Shown here one piece after another: positions 52,422 through 61,588 of a stretch of 64,000 bases of DNA. The notes under the pieces are model-generated. The model worked only from the letters and a program-made list of their open reading frames with translations, was not told where the DNA came from and did not search any database. Source of the stretch: Dehalococcoidia bacterium (GTDB lineage Bacteria > Chloroflexota > Dehalococcoidia > Dehalococcoidales > W498). Where the stretch lies: NCBI GenBank assembly GCA_011170285.1, contig DUEE01000007.1, positions 70,318 to 134,317 of the forward strand, read 5' to 3'. The number at the start of each line of letters is the position of its first letter. Position 1 is the stretch's first letter. The translations under genes were made by a program, and so were the position numbers.

Positions 52422-54851
52422 TCATTTTTCCACCTTCACCCACAGCTTTTTGCCATCGGTGATGAACTCTATGGTGCCTTGCTCATCGGTGCGGTATATA
52501 TTTTCTGAGCCTAGCTTTTCCTCAAGTCTCTCCATTACCTCATCGCTAGGATGACCATAGGTGTTATCGGTACCTACCGAGATAACGGCGAGCTGGGGGT
52601 TGACCACAGCCAGGAACTCATGGTAGGTAGAAGTATCCGAGCCGTGGTGAGCCACCTTGAGCACAGTGCTTTGCAGGTCAGCTCTACGGTTAATAAGCTC
52701 AAATTCTGCCTCCTGCCTTATATCAGCAGTAAGCAGGAAGCTCACCTCACCTATACTTAAACGCAATACCATGCCGTTATTGTCTACATCGGAACTAGTA
52801 TTAGCGAATAGTATTTCAGGTGGGTTGAGAACCTCTATTACTACTCCGTTCCCTAAGTCAATCTGCTGTCCGGCTTGAGCTACGGTGTATTTAATATCCT
52901 TTTCTTCAACTAACCTGAGCCACTCATCATATATATCGGACTTAAAATCTAAATCAGGGTAAAGCACTTGCTCAACATTGTATCGGTGTAGAACCTCTAC
53001 CAGCCCGGTAACATGGTCAGCATTGGGGTGAGTCAATACTACCAGGTTAATAGTTCTGTCCCAAAAGGGAAGCTTTTTGCCTAATTCCAGGCTTATTGCC
53101 TGGGGGCTGGGACCACCATCAATTAGAATATCCTGGTGGGTTGGGGTCTGAATCAGTATAGCGTCACCCTGTCCGATATTAAGGAAGCTTATATGAAGAT
53201 TATCATCAGGCATAGTGGCAGCGGCAAGTGATACCAAGATAGCTACAACCAGCAGTGGCGGGATAACCCATTTCTTGGGTAATCTGGAAATAAAACTGGT
53301 GACGCTATTTCCACCTGACTTGGCTAAGGTCAAGGATTTGGAGGTTAAGGTAATCGCTTTTTGACGGTGACCACTGAACCAGATGACAAGGGCAAGAACT
53401 GAATAGTAAACCCATATCAGGGTAGTATTAACCGAGCCTACCTCGATGGATGACAGGGGAAAAGCGGCGAAACCATTAACTACCAGGAGCATATATGACA
53501 GGAAGAGCCAGGCTAACCAGGCTACAGCCTGGGCGATAGGTAGGGCAATGAGTCCTAAGCCTCCGGCTAAAGCTCCAGTGATAATGATGCCAGGTAACGC
53601 TGGCAGGGCAAAGAATGTGGCTAGGGGAGCAACGAATGAAATAATGCCAAAATAATAGGCAATAAGTGGCCAGACAGCTATGATTGCCCCCAGGGTTACA
53701 CTGAAGCTGTCGGTAACAAAATGGGCTACTGGTGTCATTGCTCGGTCTTCTCCTAGAATAGTATTGACAGTTTTCCTACCTAAATCTCGGACAGGTGGGA
53801 AGATAAAGATTAACCCTGCCATAGCCAAGAAGCTCATCTGAAAGGAGGCAGTCCACAATATCTGGGGACTGATACCTACCATTATAGCCGCAGCAAAAGC
53901 CAGGGAAGTAATGGCACTCCTCTGCCTACCCAAAAGCTCGGCAGTGAGGAACAGGCTAGCCATAATTGCTCCCCTGACCACTGGCGCGTGCATACCGGTG
54001 ATTAGGGCAAAAAGCCAGATTGTGCCCAGTGCCAGCCAGATGTAGATATTGTGCCTTCTGCCCAAGAGCCATATACCGAGGCTGAGCAGAATACCAGCTA
54101 TAATACTGAGGTGGAGACCGGAGATGGCTAATATATGGGCGGTGCCAGTACTGGAGAAATTAGCTTTAATTGTAGCGGGAATATTGCCCCGGATGCCTAA
54201 AACAATACCCTGGGCTAGTGATGCCTGTGGCTCAGGCAAAACTTCAGCCAGGGTTTGAGATAGATGGTTTCTTAGTGAATAAACCCACTCCAGCGGCTTA
54301 AAACCCTCTCCCCTGTCCAGAATTTCTATTTTAGGGTAAAGCATAGTGGAATAGATTTCCTGGTGTTCCAGATAACCTCTATAGTCAAAGTCATTAAGCT
54401 GAGGTGGCGTCTCCAATTCCCCGGTCACCAGCAGCATATCGCCATAGGCATAGGTAGGGTATCGGGGCACATATAGTAGCACAGTCCCTGAAACCGCCTG
54501 CCACTCTTTATCTACTTCTATTTCTGTGGCTGACAAGCGGAGGTGGGTACATTTATCCCTGACATCAGGGTCGGTATGAACCATCCCCTGGATTTCTACT
54601 ATTCCGTGGTCGTTATAAAACTGGAGGCAATTCTCATCAATAATGGGTAGGCCTGACTGATAGCAGAAGGCACCGCCAAAGAGAGCAATAAGACATAGAC
54701 TGCTCAGGATAATTAGTTTCCTGTGGTGACGAAGGAAGAAAAGTAGGGAGAGTGGGATAAGTCCGGTGAGAAGGAGGACTAAGGGCAGATAAAATTTTGA
54801 CCCTAAAAAGATGCCAATTACCCAGGCACAACTAAGATAGATAAGTGTCAC
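52422..54851 (-). CDS. comEC: DNA internalisation competence protein ComEC/Rec2 (DUF4131 + competence + MBL domains)
   Basis: 809 aa with a multi-TM competence domain ('TGTAHILAISGLHL') and a C-terminal MBL ('LTHPNADHVTGL', 'VAHHGS'). Confidence 0.9.
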   Translation of the reverse strand: MTLIYLSCAWVIGIFLGSKFYLPLVLLLTGLIPLSLLFFLRHHRKLIILSSLCLIALFGGAFCYQSGLPIIDENCLQFYNDHGIVEIQGMVHTDPDVRDKCTHLRLSATEIEVDKEWQAVSGTVLLYVPRYPTYAYGDMLLVTGELETPPQLNDFDYRGYLEHQEIYSTMLYPKIEILDRGEGFKPLEWVYSLRNHLSQTLAEVLPEPQASLAQGIVLGIRGNIPATIKANFSSTGTAHILAISGLHLSIIAGILLSLGIWLLGRRHNIYIWLALGTIWLFALITGMHAPVVRGAIMASLFLTAELLGRQRSAITSLAFAAAIMVGISPQILWTASFQMSFLAMAGLIFIFPPVRDLGRKTVNTILGEDRAMTPVAHFVTDSFSVTLGAIIAVWPLIAYYFGIISFVAPLATFFALPALPGIIITGALAGGLGLIALPIAQAVAWLAWLFLSYMLLVVNGFAAFPLSSIEVGSVNTTLIWVYYSVLALVIWFSGHRQKAITLTSKSLTLAKSGGNSVTSFISRLPKKWVIPPLLVVAILVSLAAATMPDDNLHISFLNIGQGDAILIQTPTHQDILIDGGPSPQAISLELGKKLPFWDRTINLVVLTHPNADHVTGLVEVLHRYNVEQVLYPDLDFKSDIYDEWLRLVEEKDIKYTVAQAGQQIDLGNGVVIEVLNPPEILFANTSSDVDNNGMVLRLSIGEVSFLLTADIRQEAEFELINRRADLQSTVLKVAHHGSDTSTYHEFLAVVNPQLAVISVGTDNTYGHPSDEVMERLEEKLGSENIYRTDEQGTIEFITDGKKLWVKVEK

Positions 54852-54869
54852 TAGCCACCATCCTGAATA

Positions 54870-55379
54870 TTAGTCGGCTACAGTAATGAGGCTTGTAATC
54901 TTCTCATAGGTAGTTACCCCTATGCCTTTTACCTTAATCAATTCATTAATGTTGTGAAATGAACCATTTTGACGCCGGTAGTCTACGATGGCTTGAGCCC
55001 TAATTTCACCAATACCAGGCAGAGCCTGTAGTAGCCACGCTTCAGCTCGGTTAATATCTATTTTTTGCGGTTGATGTTCCTCTCCTATTGCGGGTATATA
55101 GAGTTTAAGCTGACTGATGTCAGCATTGCTACTAATTCCGCCAGCAGCTTGAATAATATCTGCTACACTGTCTCCTGTTTTTAAGGGATAGAAACCAGGA
55201 TTAGTGACAGCATCACCGATGTAAATCTCACCTTCTATTTCCTGACTGGACGGAGTAGAAATTTTAATAGGCTGGCTTGGGCTATATCTTGACCAGACTA
55301 TTACACTACCGGTAGCCATAATAGCTATCAGGAGAATAATAACCATCGTCCAAAATTTGTTAGGCTTGCTTATTATCAT
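54870..55379 (-). CDS. comEA: ComEA family DNA-binding protein (SLBB + HhH)
   Basis: 'IDINRAEAWLLQALPGIGEIRAQAIVDYRRQNGSFHNINELIKVKGIG'. Confidence 0.9.
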   Translation of the reverse strand: MIISKPNKFWTMVIILLIAIMATGSVIVWSRYSPSQPIKISTPSSQEIEGEIYIGDAVTNPGFYPLKTGDSVADIIQAAGGISSNADISQLKLYIPAIGEEHQPQKIDINRAEAWLLQALPGIGEIRAQAIVDYRRQNGSFHNINELIKVKGIGVTTYEKITSLITVAD

Positions 55380-55424
55380 AGGAAGCCTCCGAGCACTGAC
55401 TCTATTTTAGTATGATACCACTTA

Positions 55425-55468
55425 AATAATAATGGGCAATGAATTTGATACTCATTGCCCATTATTAT
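55425..55468 (-). terminator. Strong hairpin between trkA and comEA (probable terminator)
   Basis: aataataatgggcaatga-atttgatac-tcattgcccattattat, with a 17-18 bp stem. Confidence 0.55.
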
Positions 55469-55527
55469 CCTCTCAATCTACAATCAGTTCCTCTCGGTAA
55501 CTGACCTATAATTATAGGTTTGAGCTT

Positions 55528-56190
55528 TTAAGTACCTCTCAGTGCAGTTCGTAGCGCCTCTTCTGACTCGGGGCTGGTAACAGCTATTATCCTGTCTTCT
55601 GCCTGAAGGATAGTATTGGTGGTAGGTATACGAGGCTTCTGTCCCTTGCTAATAATTAAAGACAGGACGCTTTCCGGTGGTAGTGAGAGTTCCTTTGCTG
55701 ATTTGCCTACCGTAGTTGACTCAGGTAGGATTTTTACCTCTACAATTTCCAGTCCTTTGTCTCTGATGGGCAATAAGTGGGTCAAGGGGTGCGTTGGTAC
55801 TTCTTCTTCTATGGATTCAAGGATGACATTGGTGCTGCTTATAGTAACATCAATACCTAGTTTCTTGAAGATAGCCTCATTCTTTGGGTTACTGATGCGA
55901 GCTATGGTTCGGGGTACATTAAATTTATGCTTAGCTACCTGGCAGGCAACTAGGTTATCTTCATCATCACCGGTTACCGCGATAAGCATATCAGCCCGTC
56001 CAGCACCTACCTCATCCAAGGTAGCTGCCTCACAGCCATCGCCTCGGACACAAACACTGCCCAGTTCATTGCAAATGGATTCGCTTTTATCTGCATACTT
56101 TTCCGTTACTAGTATTTCGTGCCCTTCATCTAATAAAGCTTTGGCTAGATGGTATCCTACCTTGCCCCCGCCAACAATAATTATATACAT
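55528..56190 (-). CDS. trkA: TrkA-type K+ transport regulatory protein (RCK N + C domains)
   Basis: 'IIIVGGGKVGYHLAKAL' Rossmann fold plus a C-terminal TrkA-C. Confidence 0.85.
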   Translation of the reverse strand: MYIIIVGGGKVGYHLAKALLDEGHEILVTEKYADKSESICNELGSVCVRGDGCEAATLDEVGAGRADMLIAVTGDDEDNLVACQVAKHKFNVPRTIARISNPKNEAIFKKLGIDVTISSTNVILESIEEEVPTHPLTHLLPIRDKGLEIVEVKILPESTTVGKSAKELSLPPESVLSLIISKGQKPRIPTTNTILQAEDRIIAVTSPESEEALRTALRGT

Positions 56191-56199
56191 ATTTCCACC

Positions 56200-56598
56200 T
56201 CAACTTACCAGCTTTTCTTTTAACATCTGGGCAAGTATGGTGGTTGGGCTAAACGCTTCTATCCCCAGAGTGTCGTATATTTCTTGCCGCAAGGGGTCAT
56301 AGATACGGCAGACTACTCTCGGCACATTGAAGATATGCTTGGCGATTTGAGCTGCCATAATATTGCGGTTGTCTCCCTGAGTTACAGCAACAAAGGCATC
56401 GGCTTCCTCTATACTTGCCTTTGTAAGCGATTCTTCTTCGGTACCGTTACCGAGCAAGGCTGTGCCATTAAAGTCAGGGGGAAGCCTCCGGAAGCTATAG
56501 GCATCAATATCCAAAACGGTAACCAAGTGCCCGTCAGCATCCAACAGCGTAGCCAGTTGAGCTCCTACTCGTCCACAGCCCATAATAACTACTTTCAT
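56200..56598 (-). CDS. TrkA-N (RCK NAD-binding) domain protein
   Basis: 'VVIMGCGRVGAQLATLL'. 132 aa with no C domain. Confidence 0.8.
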   Translation of the reverse strand: MKVVIMGCGRVGAQLATLLDADGHLVTVLDIDAYSFRRLPPDFNGTALLGNGTEEESLTKASIEEADAFVAVTQGDNRNIMAAQIAKHIFNVPRVVCRIYDPLRQEIYDTLGIEAFSPTTILAQMLKEKLVS

Positions 56599-56610
56599 AT
56601 AGAAACTCGG

Positions 56611-57036
56611 TTATTCAATAGGTTGGTGATACAGTATAACATGACAAGGTGTATTTTTCAGCACATAAGGCACTATATTACCCAGGCTAAACTGTCCAAA
56701 GCGCTTCTTATAGCTAACACCCATTAGGATGAGGTCAACTCCTCGCTCCACTGCTTCATCAACAATACTTGGAGGTACCTCACGAGATTGAAGTAGGTCA
56801 GTCTCCACCTCATAGTCTTGTTCCTCAGCGACCCTCTCTATATGGTCTAATATATCTTCAGCTTTTTTAATCTCAGATTCAATTTCGGCATTTACGGGTA
56901 GGGCGCGTTTTACTGAAATTATATAAACTGCCCAGATTTTAGCTTTATTCTTCTTAGCCAATCGGCAAGCTAGCCTCATTGCCTCGCCATCGGCTTTGGT
57001 ACCGCTTACTGGCACTAAAATCTTATGAAACTCCAC
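56611..57036 (-). CDS. Universal stress protein (UspA family)
   Basis: 'KILVPVSGT', 'DLILMG', 'GNIVPYVLKNTPCHVIL'. Confidence 0.85.
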   Translation of the reverse strand: MEFHKILVPVSGTKADGEAMRLACRLAKKNKAKIWAVYIISVKRALPVNAEIESEIKKAEDILDHIERVAEEQDYEVETDLLQSREVPPSIVDEAVERGVDLILMGVSYKKRFGQFSLGNIVPYVLKNTPCHVILYHQPIE

Positions 57037-57108
57037 CGCTTTCTATTCCCACTCCTTGTTGCGTAACATAGTATTATAATCCCCTCATCGGAAATCTACA
57101 ATATCCTT

Positions 57109-58578
57109 TTAGGGCTGCTGACTAATTGAGTCCCTCCATTCCTTCTCTGTGTGGGTTAATGGTATATGCTGTTTTCGCCGATAAAGATAGTAAATAATTA
57201 AGCCAATAACCATCCATGCGATTCCAACCCAACGGCTATAGGGTTGGGTAATAAATATGATAATCCATATTATCGTTGTCGCCACTAAACCTAGAATAGC
57301 GGTTACTGGTAACTCATACCCCCCAATTTTTACATTCCAACCAATCCTAAAGGGGTGTGGCAATTCCGGCTTTTTGGTTCTCAGTCTAAGGATAGAGGCA
57401 TGAGCAAACATAAAAGCTAGTAGAGAACCGAAAGCATATAGTGCTCCCATGTTCTCGAAGACATTAGCCGCAAAGAACCCTGGAGATAGAATAATAAGGG
57501 CTATTACACAGAACATAATTATGGAAATATGGGGTGTCTTAAATCGGTGATGCACTCGGCTAAAGGTTGAGGGTACCAGCTTGTGGGTACCTAGTGAGAA
57601 GGCGAGCCTGGAAATGCCCATAATTCCAGCATTGGTAGCTATGAGTAATATAGTACCGGCTAGTATGGCTATTAGAGGCTTGAGGACATCGCGTATCAAT
57701 GCAATAGGGAGGCTAGCGGCGATGCCGGCTACAGGGTCTCTTGCCCATTCGGAGGCAAGCTCCTGAGGCGTCATGGCCGATAAAGAAACTAAAGAAATAC
57801 CGGCGAAGAGAACTAGAACAGTAAATATCATCATAAGTAGTGCCTTAGGTACCCTTTTTTCCGGTTGTCTGGTTTCCTCCGCCATCTGTGACATAGTTTC
57901 AATCCCGGTATAGGCGATAGAAGCTAAAGCTATGCCAAGAATCAGGTTATCTAGGGTTGGCCAGTTATCAAAAATACGATGAAATAGAACGGTGGGGTTA
58001 AACAGTAATATGAAGCCTATAATCACCAGCGAAATCTGAGTAGTTATATCTATTATGGCGGCTCCTATATTTACGAAAGAAGCCTCTTTTATGCCGATGA
58101 TATTGATACACATAAGGAAGATAACGATTCCCATAGATGTTGCCGTGCCAGCGATAGGAGACATCTTCAATCCTTCCCAGAAGTAACCTAAATAGGGCGG
58201 GATGGTAAAGGCTGAGATTGAGATAGTGACGATATAGCTGAGCATTAGTGCCCAGCCGGCGATAAAGCCAGCAGTATCGTTAAACCCGTATCTAGCAAAA
58301 GTGGCTGATCCACCAGCTTCAGGTAGCATGGCTGTGCCTTCAGCATAGGTAAGAGCAGTAAATACAAAAAGAATGCCAGCTATAGCTAATACTATAGGAG
58401 TAGCGCCCATAGCTACTAAAGCAACCATGCCTAGGGCATAGTAAATAGATGAGCCGACATTCCCGTAGCCAGCACTGAATAGGGCAGGGACGCCTAGTAT
58501 TCGTCTTAGGTGGTAGCGCTTGATCCGTCGGGGGCGAAAGATCTTATCGCCAGGCTTAGGTCGCCAACTGTTACTCAT
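57109..58578 (-). CDS. APC-superfamily amino acid/polyamine permease
   Basis: 12-13 TM segments. 'GYGNVGSSIYYALG' and 'AYTGIETMSQMAEE' are typical of the APC family. Confidence 0.85.
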   Translation of the reverse strand: MSNSWRPKPGDKIFRPRRIKRYHLRRILGVPALFSAGYGNVGSSIYYALGMVALVAMGATPIVLAIAGILFVFTALTYAEGTAMLPEAGGSATFARYGFNDTAGFIAGWALMLSYIVTISISAFTIPPYLGYFWEGLKMSPIAGTATSMGIVIFLMCINIIGIKEASFVNIGAAIIDITTQISLVIIGFILLFNPTVLFHRIFDNWPTLDNLILGIALASIAYTGIETMSQMAEETRQPEKRVPKALLMMIFTVLVLFAGISLVSLSAMTPQELASEWARDPVAGIAASLPIALIRDVLKPLIAILAGTILLIATNAGIMGISRLAFSLGTHKLVPSTFSRVHHRFKTPHISIIMFCVIALIILSPGFFAANVFENMGALYAFGSLLAFMFAHASILRLRTKKPELPHPFRIGWNVKIGGYELPVTAILGLVATTIIWIIIFITQPYSRWVGIAWMVIGLIIYYLYRRKQHIPLTHTEKEWRDSISQQP

Positions 58579-58811
58579 ATTTCATTCGGCTACTTAGTTT
58601 TAACAATTTTATTCAATTGGGGGAATTCTACGCACCCTACTGATGGTTGTCAATTACTGACGGGAGGATTATTTATCAAACTTAGTTGGCTTGACAATTA
58701 TACCATTCTCTTCTAAACTCACAGCAGAAGTAGATGGTAAATCTCTTTCTAATCTCTTAATTTCTATCTCTCGGTCACTAATGCACCTTTTGTTGGGAAG
58801 GAGGACTAGGT

Positions 58812-59441
58812 GTGTTTAAGTTCCCCTTTATGCCTCGTGAGGAGAAATTTTTCAACCTTTTTGAACAGGGTGCCCAGAATACGGTAAAGGCAGCTCGCAA
58901 GCTAAAGGAGCTGGTTGATACTTGGGAGAATATTGAGGACAAAGCGGGTGAAATAACTAATCTGGAGCACGAGGGAGATACTATTACCCATCAGATTATG
59001 GCACAGTTGCATCGTACCTTTGTAACTCCCTTTGATAGGGAGGATATAGCTCTATTGGCTCATTCTCTGGATGATGTAACCGATTTTATTCACGCGGCGG
59101 CTGATGCCATGCTCATCTATAAATTAGAATACTCCAGTCACAGTGCCAAGGAGCTAGCCGATATTATAGTGCAGGCGGCGGTTGAGGTGGAACAAGCCAT
59201 GCCCCAGTTGAGACATCATGCCGAGTTAAAACAAATTCTAGCACGATGTGTAGAGATCAATCGGCTGGAGAACATGGCAGATAGGGTATTCCGCTCAGCA
59301 ATGGCCGAGGTTTTTAATGATTCTGCAGATTTTGCTTATGTTATCAAGTGGCGTGAGATTTATGGGCATATGGAGGAGGCAACCGACAGGTGTGAGGATG
59401 TGGCTAATGTTCTTGAAGGGGTAGCCCTCAAGCATGGCTGA
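58812..59441 (+). CDS. DUF47 / PhoU-like phosphate transport regulator (TIGR00153 type)
   Basis: 'PREEKFFNLFEQ..', 'EHEGDTITHQI', 'FDREDI'. It overlaps the downstream pit gene by 8 nt. Confidence 0.85.
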   Translation: MFKFPFMPREEKFFNLFEQGAQNTVKAARKLKELVDTWENIEDKAGEITNLEHEGDTITHQIMAQLHRTFVTPFDREDIALLAHSLDDVTDFIHAAADAMLIYKLEYSSHSAKELADIIVQAAVEVEQAMPQLRHHAELKQILARCVEINRLENMADRVFRSAMAEVFNDSADFAYVIKWREIYGHMEEATDRCEDVANVLEGVALKHG

Positions 59442-60435
59442 CCCCTCTCTTCCCCTCTTTCTGCTTATTGTTGCCCTGGCTATTGGCTTTGGTGTTGTTA
59501 ATGGTTTCAATGATGCTGCTAATGCCATTGCTGCCTCGGTTGGCTCTCGTGCTCTTTCCCCCAGAAATGCTTTAATACTAGCTACCTTTTGTAATATGGC
59601 TGGTGCTGCCACTGGTACTGCGGTTGCCATGACCATTGGTAAGGGGATTTTAACCACAGGGGCAATCTCATTTCTAACGGTGATTGCTGGTTTAGCCTCT
59701 ATTATTGTCTGGGGTACCATAGCTACCTATTATGGCCTACCGGTAAGTATAACCCATGGCTTTATTGCTGGACTGGCTGCAGCCGGGGTAGCAGCAGTGG
59801 GCAGTGAGGCGATACATTGGAATGTTTTACAACGGGTTCTATCAGCCGTGGTTACGGCTCCAGTCCTGGGTTTTGTTGGTGGCTTTGTTCTAATGGTTGT
59901 TCTATTTTGGGTATTCCGCCGAAGCGCCCCGACACGGATGCGGCTTATTTTTGGCCGTTTGCAATGGCTTACTACTGCTTTTCTGGCTTATAGCCACGGT
60001 AAGAATGATGGTCAGATGCCAATAGGTGTCATCACTATGGCACTGGTAATCTATACCGGGCAGACTGGGCTGTGGGACAAAATCCCGTGGTGGATAATAA
60101 TTATATCAGCCCTAGCTATTAGCTTGGGGACAGCTACTGGCGGCTGGCGGGTCATTAGAACACTGGGAATGAGAGTTACCACCCTTCAACCGGTTCATGG
60201 CTTTGCCACTCAAGCTTCAGCAGCTACAGTCATTGAAGTAGCTTCGCACTTTGGTATCCCGGTAAGCACTACCCATTGTGTAAGTTCATCAGTTATGGGG
60301 GTGGGTGCTACCAGTCGGCTTTCAGCGGTGCGCTGGGGGGTAGCTGGCAATATTGTTGCTGCCTGGATATTTACCTTCCCTATCTGTGGTGGACTGGGTT
60401 ACTTGTTTGCCATGTTACTACGAATGGTATTCTAG
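59434..60435 (+). CDS. pit: Inorganic phosphate transporter, PiT family
   Basis: 'GFNDAANAIA' and 'SHGKNDGQ' are duplicated PiT signatures. Confidence 0.9.
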   Translation: MADPSLPLFLLIVALAIGFGVVNGFNDAANAIAASVGSRALSPRNALILATFCNMAGAATGTAVAMTIGKGILTTGAISFLTVIAGLASIIVWGTIATYYGLPVSITHGFIAGLAAAGVAAVGSEAIHWNVLQRVLSAVVTAPVLGFVGGFVLMVVLFWVFRRSAPTRMRLIFGRLQWLTTAFLAYSHGKNDGQMPIGVITMALVIYTGQTGLWDKIPWWIIIISALAISLGTATGGWRVIRTLGMRVTTLQPVHGFATQASAATVIEVASHFGIPVSTTHCVSSSVMGVGATSRLSAVRWGVAGNIVAAWIFTFPICGGLGYLFAMLLRMVF

Positions 60436-60440
60436 TGAGC

Positions 60441-61079
60441 TTATAGAGCAATCTCCTGGGGAGTTACTCGGCACTTTTCGGCAGTGATAATAGCCGCAAT
60501 GTGTGAAACTGCCAGGTCAATTTCGTCCTGCTTATTCAACACTACATAGTCAAACAGGGGTAGTTGCTTTATTTCTTCCTCGGCAGTTTTTAATCGTAAG
60601 GCTAATTTAAAATGTGATTCAGTGTGGCGTTGCTTGAGCCTGGTGGTGAGTTCTTCTATTGATGGTGGCATCAGGAAAATAAACACCGCTTGGGGTAGGA
60701 TTTTCTTGATAGTAGCTGCGCCCTGGATGTCCACCTTTACTATTATATCTTGCCCTCTATCCAGCGCTTGTTTAATTGGTTGCTTAGGTACCCCATACCA
60801 ATTGCCATAGACTTTTGCCCATTCAAGTAAATCGTCATGCTTCATTATCTCCTGGAACATTTCTATTGAGACGAAATGATAATCTACATTATTTCTTTCC
60901 CTATCTCGCTGACGCCGTGTGGTTACGGTGGTAATATATTCAAAGGGATAGCCTAATTCTTTCATCCTGGTTAAAATAGCATCCTTACCTACTCCTGAGG
61001 GACCGGAGAGGACTATGAGTAAAGGCTTTGTTGGTAAATTGAGTGGGACTTGGCTTTTATGGCTCACCTTTTTCTTCAT
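60441..61079 (-). CDS. gmk: Guanylate kinase
   Basis: '[12 protein letters not shown]', '[17 protein letters not shown]'. Confidence 0.9.
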   Translation of the reverse strand: MKKKVSHKSQVPLNLPTKPLLIVLSGPSGVGKDAILTRMKELGYPFEYITTVTTRRQRDRERNNVDYHFVSIEMFQEIMKHDDLLEWAKVYGNWYGVPKQPIKQALDRGQDIIVKVDIQGAATIKKILPQAVFIFLMPPSIEELTTRLKQRHTESHFKLALRLKTAEEEIKQLPLFDYVVLNKQDEIDLAVSHIAAIITAEKCRVTPQEIAL

Positions 61080-61359
61080 CTTGCTCTGATATTAGTACTG
61101 AACTTTCTCGGTTTGCCTGTAACCTGCCAGCAATAGTTTCTGGGGCAAGTGCGGCCAAGACAATATGCCCGCTATCGGTAAAAATGACAGCCTTCGTTCT
61201 TCTGCCACTGGTCATATCAATTAGTAGTCCCTTGTTTCTGCCTTCTTGGATGATGCGTTTTATAGGTGCCGAGTTTGGCGCAACTATGGCGATAACTTTA
61301 TTCATGGCTAACACATTACCAAAGCCGATATGAACCAATTCAATGACCATTCTTATCAC
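61057..61359 (-). CDS. remA: RemA/DUF370 family regulator
   Basis: '[63 protein letters not shown]'. Confidence 0.85.
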   Translation of the reverse strand: MIRMVIELVHIGFGNVLAMNKVIAIVAPNSAPIKRIIQEGRNKGLLIDMTSGRRTKAVIFTDSGHIVLAALAPETIAGRLQANRESSVLISEQDEEKGEP

Positions 61360-61588
61360 CTCGGAAGATTACTTTTTGTTGCCAAATGTGGAAATTATCT
61401 GTCTATTCGATTGGCGTAATCAAAGCCTGGCCAATCCTATATTAACGATGCTTATCACCCCCTTTATGTGTTATTTTAGATTGTCTATTATCTTATACCC
61501 TTAATGGTAATTAGGCAACAGCCGAAGACTTGAATTATACTCTGGTTAGTGGTAAATTATAATTCTGCGGCTGAATTTTATTTTTGGG

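Noticed and set aside
55616-56302. 228-aa plus-strand ORF
   Set aside because: It is fully antisense to the two trkA-type genes, which have clear Rossmann motifs. It is Ser/Pro-rich shadow-frame sequence.
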